Positions 1 to 8,228 of a DNA stretch of 64,000 nt are shown piece after piece. The first letter of the stretch is position 1. Each line of letters starts with the position of its first letter. A model generated the notes under the pieces. That model had not been told where the DNA came from. It worked only from the letters and a program-made list of their open reading frames with translations, and did no database searches. Source of the DNA: Actinomycetota bacterium (GTDB lineage Bacteria; Actinomycetota; JAICYB01); contig JBBDRJ010000006.1 of assembly GCA_040905525.1 (NCBI GenBank), forward strand, positions 268,858 to 332,857, in the 5' to 3' direction. Made by a program: the position numbers and the translations under genes.

Positions 1-571
1 GCAGGGCGGCCAGGAACTGCCGCATGTCCAAGAAGTATCGGTAAGCCGCGACGTAGTACAGGACCGCGCCTATCCCGAAGATGACGTAGCTCGGCGCGCG
101 AAGGAACTCACCCGCTGGAGTGGTACCCAGCATCAGGCCAGGCAATGCGGTGAATAACGCGAATGTCGCAGTCTTCCCAACGCGACGCACGCGCGGCTTC
201 CCGAAACCGCGGCGAGCCAGGAACAGGAATGCCACCGACAACGCTGCTTCCCGCAAGAGGACGATGAGGCCCATCCACACGGGGAGGTAGTCCCCCATCA
301 TCAGCGTGACGAGGGCGACCATGGCCAGGATCCGGTCCGATACCGGGTCGAGCGTCGTTCCGAGGTCGGTGACGGTGTTGGTTCGCCGAGCGATCCAGCC
401 GTCGAAATAATCCGACACTCCCATCACACCGAAGAGCCCAACGGCGTAGTTGGTGTGGCCCTGGATGATCAACCACCCGAGTACGGGCGTGAGCGCAAGC
501 CTGCCGAAGCTCAGGAGGTTCGGAACCGTGCGCCACTCGGCCTGTGGGCGGGAGGAAGCCTCGATGTTCAC
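1..571 (-). CDS. CDP-alcohol phosphatidyltransferase family protein (PgsA-like), C-terminus runs off window start
   Basis: Minus-strand frame (not listed in the ORF track because it has no in-window stop) translates VNIEASSRPQAEWRTVPNLLSFGRLALTPVLGWLI...DYFDGWIARRTNTVTDLGTTLDPVSDR. This carries the D-G-x2-A-R-x8-G-x3-D-x3-D signature of CDP-OH phosphatidyltransferases. GTG start at 571..569; an alternative in-frame ATG lies at 676..674. Track ORF 108..536 is a different frame. Confidence 0.7.
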   Translation of the reverse strand, partial: MNIEASSRPQAEWRTVPNLLSFGRLALTPVLGWLIIQGHTNYAVGLFGVMGVSDYFDGWIARRTNTVTDLGTTLDPVSDRILAMVALVTLMMGDYLPVWMGLIVLLREAALSVAFLFLARRGFGKPRVRRVGKTATFALFTALPGLMLGTTPAGEFLRAPSYVIFGIGAVLYYVAAYRYFLDMRQFLAAL

Positions 572-930
572 TGAACCCTCATCGTATCGGTCCCCTTTGG
601 CACCTGCCGTGTGTCGCTCTTCGGTCGAAGGAGAGTAGGGGGTTGAGCCGCCGGCGTGGCTCCACCGGCGGCTCATCCGTCCCATCGGCGATAGCTTGGG
701 TGCCGTGCGACGCGAACGCCTCTCCTTGCCGGCCAAGGCGCTTCTCCGAGCGCTCGAGGTCCTCGCCTTGTTCCCGGCGGCCCTCGCCTGCGGAAGCGAG
801 ACCGTGCCCGGCCGGCGGCCAGCCCTGCGGCCACGGCCACAGCGGCGATCGCTGCTTCACCGGCGGCCTCCAACTGGTCGAGACGTTTTGTCCGAACGCC
901 CGAGCATCGGGAGCTTTGGGGGAAACCGGC

Positions 931-1302
931 ATGACGATGAATAACTCAAGGGTTGTCCTGGCCGTCGGCCTCGCACTGCTTGGAGGGTTGTTCGCCTTCT
1001 TGATCCAGCGATCTATCGATACCGCGCCCGTACCCACGGCCGATCGCAAGACGCCCTACCTCGACGCCGACCTCGTCGGACGACTTCCGAACAGGTCGAC
1101 GCCGGATCCATCCCCGTCGCCGCGGGCGAACGCGGCTCGCGCTCCACGTCCCGCCGGCGAGCAGGCGACACCCGAGCCGGTTGTCGGCGACCCACCATCG
1201 ATCGAGAACCTGCCGGCGGCACCGGAAGTGCCCGAGCAAGCCGATCCAGGAGCATGCGGGGACGTCGAAGGTCTCCCGGGTCTCAGCGGCACCTGCGAGT
1301 GA
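931..1302 (+). CDS. hypothetical membrane-anchored/secreted Pro-rich protein
   Basis: ATG at 931. N-terminal hydrophobic helix VVLAVGLALLGGLFAFLI followed by a Pro/Ala-rich low-complexity tail. Third-codon positions are G/C-rich. Stops 7 nt before the att repeat, so it is chromosomal flank. The long track ORF 544..1302 is rejected upstream of 931. Confidence 0.45.
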   Translation: MTMNNSRVVLAVGLALLGGLFAFLIQRSIDTAPVPTADRKTPYLDADLVGRLPNRSTPDPSPSPRANAARAPRPAGEQATPEPVVGDPPSIENLPAAPEVPEQADPGACGDVEGLPGLSGTCE

Positions 1303-1309
1303 GACTTGG

Positions 1310-1353
1310 CGTCGGGCCGCCGGGATTTGAACCCGGGACCTCTTGACCCCCAG
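1310..1353 (-). repeat. attR: 44-bp direct repeat, partial 3' copy of tRNA-Pro (last ~42 nt of tRNA plus 2 nt)
   Basis: cgtcgggccgccgggatttgaacccgggacctcttgacccccag is identical 44/44 to 10014..10057. It contains the T-arm and acceptor 3' half of the tRNA but no 5' half, so it is not a functional tRNA. Confidence 0.9.
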
Positions 1354-1503
1354 CTATCGCGAAGAATGCGGCGTGCTCGCAGGCATAGCCGCATGTCGAT
1401 TCACTCCGAAACTACGCGGAGTCATGCGCTGTGCGCGAAGCCCTCCTCGAAGCCCCCCGCTGTCGCCGATCCGGAGGATCCGCTCAAACGAGGAGAAGGA
1501 ACA

Positions 1504-2016
1504 TTGACCAATCTGGCCAGAGCTACCGACCGCTCAGAACGCGTCCGTGAGGTGTTGGACTACTACTACGGCCGCGGGCTCGATCTCGCCGCGGCAATCG
1601 ACGACGGATACGTCGTCTTCGCCAGCCGCACGCCAACTCGCTTGCGGGACAACGATCGCCCTGAGGTCATCGAAAAGATTCGCGCGAACAGCGTCCAGTG
1701 GTGGGGCGACGAGGAGTGGACTCGCGACCACCTGCTGCGCTGCCACGGATGGTCTCCGGAGCGCGTGGAGGCCTGGTGGACGGGTGAGGATCCAACGTCG
1801 TGGGACCCGGGCAACCCCAACCAGCACGATGAGCATGGCCAGGAGCACTACATCGATGTCGTCGAGGCGGCGCGGGCCATGCCGGTGCCCCACCTCCACG
1901 ATGCCTTCAGCGCCGTCGCAACCGTGCTCGGCGGCGACAACCCACGCTTCCATGCCGTCGGGTCCATCCTCGAGATCCTCATGCACTTGGAAGAAGGCAG
2001 CAGCCCGCTCGTCTAA
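1504..2016 (+). CDS. hypothetical protein (element cargo)
   Basis: TTG start at 1504 preceded by a strong SD, aggagaagga at 1491..1500. 170 aa with no recognisable motif. The track's longer version from 1306 would read through the att repeat and is rejected. Confidence 0.5.
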   Translation: MTNLARATDRSERVREVLDYYYGRGLDLAAAIDDGYVVFASRTPTRLRDNDRPEVIEKIRANSVQWWGDEEWTRDHLLRCHGWSPERVEAWWTGEDPTSWDPGNPNQHDEHGQEHYIDVVEAARAMPVPHLHDAFSAVATVLGGDNPRFHAVGSILEILMHLEEGSSPLV

Positions 2017-2024
2017 GGGCAGAT

Positions 2025-2090
2025 CGGACGCAACGGCATAGGCCCGGCTCCTTACATCTTTCGGGGGCCGGGCCTATGCCGTTGCGTCCG
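2025..2090 (+). terminator. perfect 24-bp inverted repeat hairpin immediately after the stop of CDS 1504..2016
   Basis: cggacgcaacggcataggcccggc ... gccgggcctatgccgttgcgtccg with an ~18-nt loop. There is no U-tract, which is common for actinobacterial terminators. Confidence 0.5.
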
Positions 2091-2163
2091 AAGTTCGAGA
2101 TCGCCGGGCGTCTTCGGCGGACGGCTCGGCTAAAACGACAGTGCTGTAGTTTGGTTCCGGCCG

Positions 2164-2610
2164 ATGACCAAGCTCGCTGAGCTGATGACGGCGATCAACC
2201 TCATCGCCACCGACCTCGAGAATCAACTCGATCCCGCGCTGCCGACCCACGAGCGCGAGCTCTACGCCAGACCGCCGGCCATCCTGCCCGATCACTGCCC
2301 GATGCTCGTGGTGTTCACCGAAAGCTTCGCCTGGGATCTCGTGGCAACACCGAGTCACTACTTCGTGCGTCCCGATGTTCGCGTCGGATGGTTCGTCGCG
2401 GCGGCCAAGGAATCAGAAACCGCGGACGGATTCGAGGAGCTGATGCTTGCGCAAGCGACGATCGCCGACCGCATCGCGGATCGACTCACCACGTACAGCG
2501 AGGGGCTACCCGGTCAGGTCGGGACCTACGCCAAGATCATCGAGACGACGACCGAGCGAAGCGACGGGCCGGTGTTCGGTTTCGTGCATCGCATGGAGCT
2601 CGAGCGTTGA
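2164..2610 (+). CDS. hypothetical protein (element cargo)
   Basis: 148-aa ORF with high-GC third positions and no recognisable motif. Confidence 0.45.
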   Translation: MTKLAELMTAINLIATDLENQLDPALPTHERELYARPPAILPDHCPMLVVFTESFAWDLVATPSHYFVRPDVRVGWFVAAAKESETADGFEELMLAQATIADRIADRLTTYSEGLPGQVGTYAKIIETTTERSDGPVFGFVHRMELER

Positions 2611-2642
2611 CGATCGCCGTTGACCGGCGGCATCGAGGATGG

Positions 2643-3032
2643 ATGAGTTTAGCGGCGTGTGCAGACAAGGATCCGTCGCTCTTCTTTTCGAAGAGCTCGA
2701 GGGCCGCTGCGGCTGCACGAGAGATCTGCGCGTCGTGTCCCGTCCTGACTCCTTGCTTGGTCGATGCGCTCGAGCGCGGAGAGAAGCACGGGATCTGGGG
2801 TGGGATGAGCTTCAAAGAGCGTCAACGGACCCGTTCGAAGCTGCCCCAGGATCTACGCTCCTACATCACGCAACGCGTGCGACAAACCAGCGACCTTTGC
2901 CCGACCTGTCTTTCGCAACCGATCCAGAATCACACGACGGGATGGTGCTCGACTTGCACGGCCGAATATCAACATGCGCAACGAAGCACGTCTACCCAAT
3001 GCCCATCTGACCGCGACGCTGCATCCGGATGA
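2643..3032 (+). CDS. whiB: WhiB-like (Wbl) transcription factor with C-terminal CxxC-x12-CxxC zinc-ribbon extension
   Basis: MSLAACADKDPSLFF...CASCPVLTPCLVDAL...HGIWGGMSFKERQR shows the four Wbl cysteines and the G[VI]WGG turn followed by a basic tail. A ~65-aa tail then carries CPTC-x12-CSTC. SD gagga precedes the ATG. The 3' end overlaps the convergent tape-measure gene by 41 nt. Confidence 0.8.
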   Translation: MSLAACADKDPSLFFSKSSRAAAAAREICASCPVLTPCLVDALERGEKHGIWGGMSFKERQRTRSKLPQDLRSYITQRVRQTSDLCPTCLSQPIQNHTTGWCSTCTAEYQHAQRSTSTQCPSDRDAASG

Positions 3033-5001
3033 GCTCGTCGCGGATCGTCCGCGCCAACTGTTGATCTCTTCCGCCACCGCCACCGCCGCCGCTCACGTTT
3101 ACCGTGTTGTAGTTGTTCACGACCATCGAAGAACGCGAACCTCGCGGGCTGCTTCCGCCGGCGGCGAGCCGAATAGCTAGACCTCGATTTCCGCCGGAAA
3201 GCCCGCCGACGGGGCCTCCGTCGTGCATGAGCGCGATGCGCTTGACTAGTTCGCCCTGCCGCGTGTTGCGGAGCCCCTTGAGATTGGCGAAGAAGGATGG
3301 GGTGAAGAACCCGGTAGTCCTGGGGTCGTTCACATATTCGCCGGGGATCAGCTTCGCATCGACCTCACGGCGGCCCACATTGCCGCCGCCGTGGAAGGAC
3401 GCGGCCGGCGACACGAGCCCTCCATCGTGGAAGAGCTTCACGATGCGCTGGAAAATCGTTACCGTCTTGTTCGCGATACTCCCGATCCAGCCCTTGACGC
3501 GATCGACGATGCTCTTGGAGTTGCCGGGGTCGACCTCGACGCGGGGACGAGCGGTATGTCCGGTGAGGCCGTTCAGGTCCCCGTGCACGCCGTTAATCTC
3601 ACTTCGTGCCGGCGCTCCTGTCGCGTCCAGCGTCGACATCGTGTGGACGGCCCCCACGTTGTCCAGGGCCGACCCCGTCGACGAAATCGTGCTCTTGGCG
3701 GGCGCGTCATTGGCGTCGAGCTTGGCCGTCGCCGTCGTTTCAGCGAATGTGTTTAGCACGGTCCCGGCTGCAGGAACCTTCTCGTGGATGTCGGAGTCGT
3801 CGAGCGAGATTTTCGGCGCGATGGGGATGGAGTTGATGTCGCGCATCTGCTTGTCGACGATGCCGAGCTTGTCCAGGAGAATCGAGACGCCCGCGACCGC
3901 CGCGGCGGTGCCGATGACCAACGTGAAGGGACTGGCCAACAGGCCCTTTATGAGGCCGAGCTTGGTTGCCACCCCGCCGAGCTTTCCGGCTCCCTGAGCC
4001 GTGCCTGCCGCGGCCCCTACGCTGGCGATGTCCTTCGCGGCCTTGGCCATCTTCCAAGTAGAGACGGCCGTTGACAGCCTTGATACGACCGACAGGACCG
4101 GGCCGAGGACGATCGCGATCGCTCCGGCATGCACGACGACGTCCTGCATGCCGGGTGAGAGCTTCTCGAAGGCACCCGCGAGCGCCTCTGCGCCTCCCGC
4201 GAGCTTCTCGTACATCTTCACCCTGATGGGATCTATGGCGGCACCGAGCTTCTCTTCTGCTTCACCCATCCGATTCGTGGCCTGAGCGACTTTACCGGCA
4301 CCCTGGGCGTAAGCCTCGGCCGACCCGCCGAACTGGTCCTTGAGCTCGCCGAGCATGATGTTCTGGGCACCGAGCAGATCGCCTGATTCGACGAGGGCCT
4401 TGATTGCCTTCTTCTGATCGTCGCTGAATTGAACGCCGGCCCTGCCCATCGCCGCGATGCCCTTGATGGGATCGTTCAGCGCTTTACCGATCATGATCGT
4501 CGCGCTCTCGAGGTCGGCTCCCTCGGAGACTCCCTTGTTCATGGCCGTGGCCATGTCGAGGATGGCCGTCTGAGCCTGGTCGAAAATTTTGTTGCCCTTT
4601 CCAACTTCATTGCGGACGTTCTTGAACGTGAGCAACAAGTTGGAGCTCTGCGTGACGGCTTCGTCGTCGAAGGCTGTGAGCTTCTGCATCGACGACGCGA
4701 GCTTGTCCACGTCGCCGGCCGTGACGTTCGCAGCGCCACCCGTCGACTTGATGACCGCGCGCGTCTGACCGATCGCGGCCTGCGATTCCCGAAATGCCTT
4801 GGCCGACTTACTAGCCAGCAGCAGCAGCGGAGCGGTTACTCCGACCGTGAGCGCGTCGCCGACCTTCTTCGCGCCCTGGCCGAACTTCTTAAGGCCGGCG
4901 CCGACTTGGTCGTTGCCTTTGCCGATCTTCTTCTGCTCGCGCAGGACCTGTGATGCATCCGCGGTGTAGCGGACGTTGAGGTCCCTGTTGCCGCCGCCCA
5001 T
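2992..5001 (-). CDS. phage tail tape measure protein (TP901/TMP core-like N-terminal region)
   Basis: 669 aa. The Ala/Gly/Lys-rich helical N-terminal ~250 aa (…KKFGQGAKKVGDAL…MQKLTAFDDEAVTQSSNLLLTFKN…GKALNDPIKGIAAMGRAGVQFSDDQKKAIKALVESGD…) is typical of TMP core. Gly-rich C-terminus. Confidence 0.8.
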   Translation of the reverse strand: MGGGNRDLNVRYTADASQVLREQKKIGKGNDQVGAGLKKFGQGAKKVGDALTVGVTAPLLLLASKSAKAFRESQAAIGQTRAVIKSTGGAANVTAGDVDKLASSMQKLTAFDDEAVTQSSNLLLTFKNVRNEVGKGNKIFDQAQTAILDMATAMNKGVSEGADLESATIMIGKALNDPIKGIAAMGRAGVQFSDDQKKAIKALVESGDLLGAQNIMLGELKDQFGGSAEAYAQGAGKVAQATNRMGEAEEKLGAAIDPIRVKMYEKLAGGAEALAGAFEKLSPGMQDVVVHAGAIAIVLGPVLSVVSRLSTAVSTWKMAKAAKDIASVGAAAGTAQGAGKLGGVATKLGLIKGLLASPFTLVIGTAAAVAGVSILLDKLGIVDKQMRDINSIPIAPKISLDDSDIHEKVPAAGTVLNTFAETTATAKLDANDAPAKSTISSTGSALDNVGAVHTMSTLDATGAPARSEINGVHGDLNGLTGHTARPRVEVDPGNSKSIVDRVKGWIGSIANKTVTIFQRIVKLFHDGGLVSPAASFHGGGNVGRREVDAKLIPGEYVNDPRTTGFFTPSFFANLKGLRNTRQGELVKRIALMHDGGPVGGLSGGNRGLAIRLAAGGSSPRGSRSSMVVNNYNTVNVSGGGGGGGRDQQLARTIRDELIRMQRRGQMGIG

Positions 5002-5107
5002 CTACCTAAACCATCCGGGGAGTGGGAGCCGGGCAGACGGAGTCGCTCGCCTGCGCTATGTCCCCGGCCCCCACGCCATTGTGAGAAGAGCTCCCCGGAG
5101 ATCGCAT

Positions 5108-6487
5108 CTACGCTGGGACAATGCCGTCCAGGATCTGGAAGGCAGTCGGGCGCATGACTTGTATGTCGCCTCGGAAGTGCCCGAGGAACCCGACCTCGCC
5201 AGTGTCGGCGAAGTGCTCGCGCAAGACCATCACGTCGAGCTCCAGGCGCACGCCGAGCACGAGGTAGCGCCACTCGCCGACATACGCCTTCGACTCATCG
5301 GTGCCGACGCCACCATCGACCGGGATCTTCTGCGTGTCGAGCATCGGAAGGTTGTCCTCGAGGTAGGCAGGGGGTCGCAGGTACTGTCCGGTGCCGGCGC
5401 CTTCGCGCAAGCTGCCCAGCGCCGCCGCATCGCGCACGGCGCCGATGAGTCGTCCCGGCCGGAAGTTGCGCCCTCTGACCGTGCTAACGGCGGTGATGAG
5501 CTTGTCGTAATCGATCTCGCCCACCGTCGCCGTCTCGGGGACACCGACCGTGGCGTCGAGTCCCGTCGGCTGGTCGTTGGTTCCATCACCCAGCAGCGCG
5601 GCGCGATCCCACTCGGCGGCGAACGCGGCGGCGAACGCGGTGGTGAGCAGGTCGTCGACAGCGATGCCTGAATCCTGCATCGCTTCCCACGAAACCCGCG
5701 CGATGACGGCCAGCGACTTCGGATCGAAGGTGAGACTTGAAAGCGTTGGTTCGGACTCACCGATCGCGCCATGCTCGGCCCTCCACGCGACGACGGGATC
5801 GTCGACGAACGCCGCAGCTTTCACTTGACCTTCCCGCAGCGGGATGACCGCAGCGCCGGCTTCCACGACTCGCGAGAACGCTCGGGCCGCGTCGAAGATC
5901 TCGGGCAAGACCCCCGTCGGAAAGAGTCCGCCGGTGCCGGCCGTTCCCGTCCCGATCTGGCGAAGCTCCGCCACCGTTGCGTGATCCTCCATGGCCATGG
6001 CTCGCAGATAGCGGCCAAAGCTCCCGGCCGGTGCGTCCGTGACACCCGGAAGCGAGCGGAAGCTCGTTCCGGCCGGCAGTGGGCGTCCGAAGTCCGCTCG
6101 CGCGTGCTCAGGAGTTCTCCCGTCGGCCGGGCGTTCCTGGCCGCGTGTATCCGAGAGGTCGGCGGCTTCGGCATTGCGTCGGCGCTGCGCTGTTTCGGCG
6201 CGGTCGCCGGCGGCCTCCTGCCGGGCGACTTCTTCGGCCATCCGCTCGAGCCGGCGGAGCTCGAGGATCTCATTGTCGAGCTGATCGAGCGCTCGCTGCT
6301 CGGACGCTAGAGGCGCCACGTCACGACTGCCGTCGGGCCTTTCGTTGGATCGATTCGCGATGGTGGATCGGACAGCCGCCGACATTCGCCGGCGCTCTTC
6401 TAGGGCCTCGCTACACATCTGCACAGCCTGGTAAGCGGATCCGCTCTCGTACTCCGTGCGGATACGCGACAGGAGTTCTGTGAACAT
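5108..6487 (-). CDS. phage major capsid protein, HK97 fold, with N-terminal coiled-coil (delta/scaffold-like) domain
   Basis: Coiled-coil N-terminus followed by …GTGGLFPTGVLPEIFD…TFDPKSLAVIARVSWEAMQDSGI…, typical of the Phage_capsid (HK97) family. Start chosen at ATG 6487 because of SD gggagg 5 nt upstream; alternative in-frame starts at 6508 and 6538. Confidence 0.8.
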   Translation of the reverse strand: MFTELLSRIRTEYESGSAYQAVQMCSEALEERRRMSAAVRSTIANRSNERPDGSRDVAPLASEQRALDQLDNEILELRRLERMAEEVARQEAAGDRAETAQRRRNAEAADLSDTRGQERPADGRTPEHARADFGRPLPAGTSFRSLPGVTDAPAGSFGRYLRAMAMEDHATVAELRQIGTGTAGTGGLFPTGVLPEIFDAARAFSRVVEAGAAVIPLREGQVKAAAFVDDPVVAWRAEHGAIGESEPTLSSLTFDPKSLAVIARVSWEAMQDSGIAVDDLLTTAFAAAFAAEWDRAALLGDGTNDQPTGLDATVGVPETATVGEIDYDKLITAVSTVRGRNFRPGRLIGAVRDAAALGSLREGAGTGQYLRPPAYLEDNLPMLDTQKIPVDGGVGTDESKAYVGEWRYLVLGVRLELDVMVLREHFADTGEVGFLGHFRGDIQVMRPTAFQILDGIVPA

Positions 6488-6561
6488 CTCAGCCTCCCTG
6501 ATCGACATCGGCACCCGGCCCACATGGGCCGGGGACATCGCCGAGGTCGCTGGGAGGTCGG

Positions 6562-6620
6562 GTGCGGAGCACTCGCCGGCCTCTCGTGGCCTCCGGCGGC
6601 CGTCGCGGTGCGGAGCACTC
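6562..6620. repeat. direct repeat gtgcggagcactc (2 copies, 46-bp period) upstream of capsid gene
   Basis: Copies at 6562..6574 and 6608..6620 (about 18 nt with 1 mismatch when extended). Lies in the 182-nt gap between the orf103 stop and the capsid start. Confidence 0.5.
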
Positions 6621-6669
6621 TCGCGACGACCAACTTCGACGCAAAGCATACGACGTGGCGACGACGCCA

Positions 6670-6981
6670 TCAAGGCTCCCCCGTGAGACGACGAAGGCCG
6701 GCGTCGGGATCGAGCGCGTCGCGAATGACCAGAGCATCAACACGAAAGAGCGGCGTGCCGCTCACTGAGTACTCCCAGTACGAGACGCCGTCGATGTGAC
6801 AGTCACGCCAAATCACCGGCTCGCCCCGCTCGATGGCGTCGATAACACGATCGATGACCTCGGGATCCTGCCGCGAGGTCCAATCGCGCAGATACAGCTT
6901 GACCAACGTGCAGATCACGTCGGAACCGGGGACTTGTGCGTCGTCTCCGTTCGAATTTCCGTCCGAATATTCGTCGTTCAT
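6670..6981 (-). CDS. hypothetical protein (element cargo)
   Basis: ATG at 6981 with SD ggagg 4 nt upstream. 103 aa. The track version starts at 7032. Confidence 0.5.
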   Translation of the reverse strand: MNDEYSDGNSNGDDAQVPGSDVICTLVKLYLRDWTSRQDPEVIDRVIDAIERGEPVIWRDCHIDGVSYWEYSVSGTPLFRVDALVIRDALDPDAGLRRLTGEP

Positions 6982-7094
6982 CCGGCCTCCTTGGGCGGCC
7001 GCGCATTTCGTCGGGACCGACGGAGCGTCCAATCCCTCAGAGGCGAGTGGAGCACACTCTCCCGCCTAAAAAAACGAGCGAGGCATGGAAGACA

Positions 7095-7155
7095 GGCAGC
7101 GAGGTGGGCAGGACCGGCGGCCGGCATGGCGCCGTTCACTGCCCACCTCGCTGCC
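7095..7155. promoter_or_regulatory. perfect 17-bp inverted repeat (ggcagcgaggtgggcag / ctgcccacctcgctgcc), 27-nt spacer, followed on the minus strand by a T7 tract
   Basis: Lies between the orf116 stop (7163) and the orf103 start. The A7 run at 7063..7069 reads as a T-tract on the minus strand, about 25 nt past the hairpin. Confidence 0.45.
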
Positions 7156-7162
7156 TCACGGC

Positions 7163-7513
7163 TCAAGGACGCTTTCCGACGCGTTCCAGCATCTTGCTCA
7201 CGGATCTGTCGTGTGCCGCCGTGACGCGCCGCACGTCCTCGTGGTGCTCGACGTCGGTCACCCAGCCCGTCGCGTGTGGTGCGATCCGTCCCTCCTCGTG
7301 GGCGCCCCCCGCGTCGGCGTGGGCCGACGAGACCGCTCGCCTCCGGAGGCCGTCGAAGTGCTCGCGCGCCCACTGCCCGTACAGCGTGCGTGCCTCGCCC
7401 TCGTCCTCGGCGAGCTTTTGCCTTCCCCACCAATGCCCGTGCTCGTCTTCGACGAGCAACTGCACGCGAAAAAGCCGCACGGCTCCACGACGAAGCTCAC
7501 CGAGCCGCGGCAC
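7163..7513 (-). CDS. hypothetical protein (element cargo)
   Basis: GTG start with SD aaggga. Overlaps the upstream HTH gene's stop by 17 nt. Confidence 0.5.
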   Translation of the reverse strand: MPRLGELRRGAVRLFRVQLLVEDEHGHWWGRQKLAEDEGEARTLYGQWAREHFDGLRRRAVSSAHADAGGAHEEGRIAPHATGWVTDVEHHEDVRRVTAAHDRSVSKMLERVGKRP

Positions 7514-8228
7514 GGCGGACTCCCTTCGCTCGCCGGCCGTCGCGGCCGATCTCCGTCGAGATCCACGTGAGGAACCCGCGTCGCCGATTCTTGTGCCGTC
7601 GCGACGGTGGCCTCGACTCGAGCCACGTCAGGTACTTGCGGAGCTCGACGTCGTAGAAGACCTGCGTCCCGCGCGTGAGCTCGTCGATCCGTCGCCAGAA
7701 GTCGACGTCGTGCAGATCATCCGGCGCATCTAGCTCGACGAGCAGTGCCCTGACGTCTTCGAGCTCGCCCCACGAGCCGTTGCGCGCGCGGGCGGCTTCT
7801 GCCGCATGCGCGTCCTTCGGTTCTAAGGACGGTTCAGTAGGACGGTTCCTTGCAACCCCGTTGGTACAATCGACGGCCCGAATTGGCACAATCGACGGCC
7901 CACTTGGCACATCCATGCCAGGCAGGGGTGTACCGATTCCTGACACATCCCTCATGCCGAGGATGGCGTAGCGATTCGTCCGCCTCCCTGGCTTGCGGCC
8001 CCATCCCATCCCCGGTTCGATGGCGAGCTCGCCGGCCGCGACGAGACGTTTCAAGCTGGCCTGCACCGTCGCCGGCGAGCAACGCGACTCCCGCGCGATC
8101 TGGCGGATCGAAGGGAACGACGACGAGCCGTCCGCGTGCGCGTGGTTGGCGATCGCCAGCAGCACGAGCCGCGCGTTGCCCTTGGCCTCCGAATGCTCGA
8201 GCACCCAGGCCAAAGCCTGGACGCTCAC
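7497..8228 (-). CDS. winged helix-turn-helix DNA-binding protein (phage/plasmid Rep-N or regulator-like)
   Basis: N-terminus MSVQALAWVLEHSEAKGNARLVLLAIANHAHADGSSSFPSIRQIARESRCSPATVQASLKRLVAAGEL matches the wHTH seen in actinophage/plasmid replication-initiator and regulator N-domains. GTG start overlaps the upstream stop as GTGA. Confidence 0.65.
   Translation of the reverse strand: MSVQALAWVLEHSEAKGNARLVLLAIANHAHADGSSSFPSIRQIARESRCSPATVQASLKRLVAAGELAIEPGMGWGRKPGRRTNRYAILGMRDVSGIGTPLPGMDVPSGPSIVPIRAVDCTNGVARNRPTEPSLEPKDAHAAEAARARNGSWGELEDVRALLVELDAPDDLHDVDFWRRIDELTRGTQVFYDVELRKYLTWLESRPPSRRHKNRRRGFLTWISTEIGRDGRRAKGVRRAAAR

Noticed and set aside
108-536. 142-aa minus-strand ORF from the track
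   Set aside because: Different frame from the CDP-alcohol phosphatidyltransferase reading frame, which carries the family motif. Arg/Pro-rich translation typical of an off-frame high-GC ORF.
1306-1503. N-terminal extension of ORF 1306..2016
   Set aside because: Would translate through the tRNA-derived att repeat. A strong SD plus TTG at 1504 gives a cleaner start.
2388-2642. Upstream extension of the WhiB frame (track ORF 2388..3032, 214 aa)
   Set aside because: Arg-rich junk translation overlapping CDS 2164..2610. The Wbl domain begins at ATG 2643, which has its own SD.
3113-3997. 294-aa plus-strand ORF
   Set aside because: Antisense to the tape-measure gene; low-complexity Pro/Ser/Ala translation.
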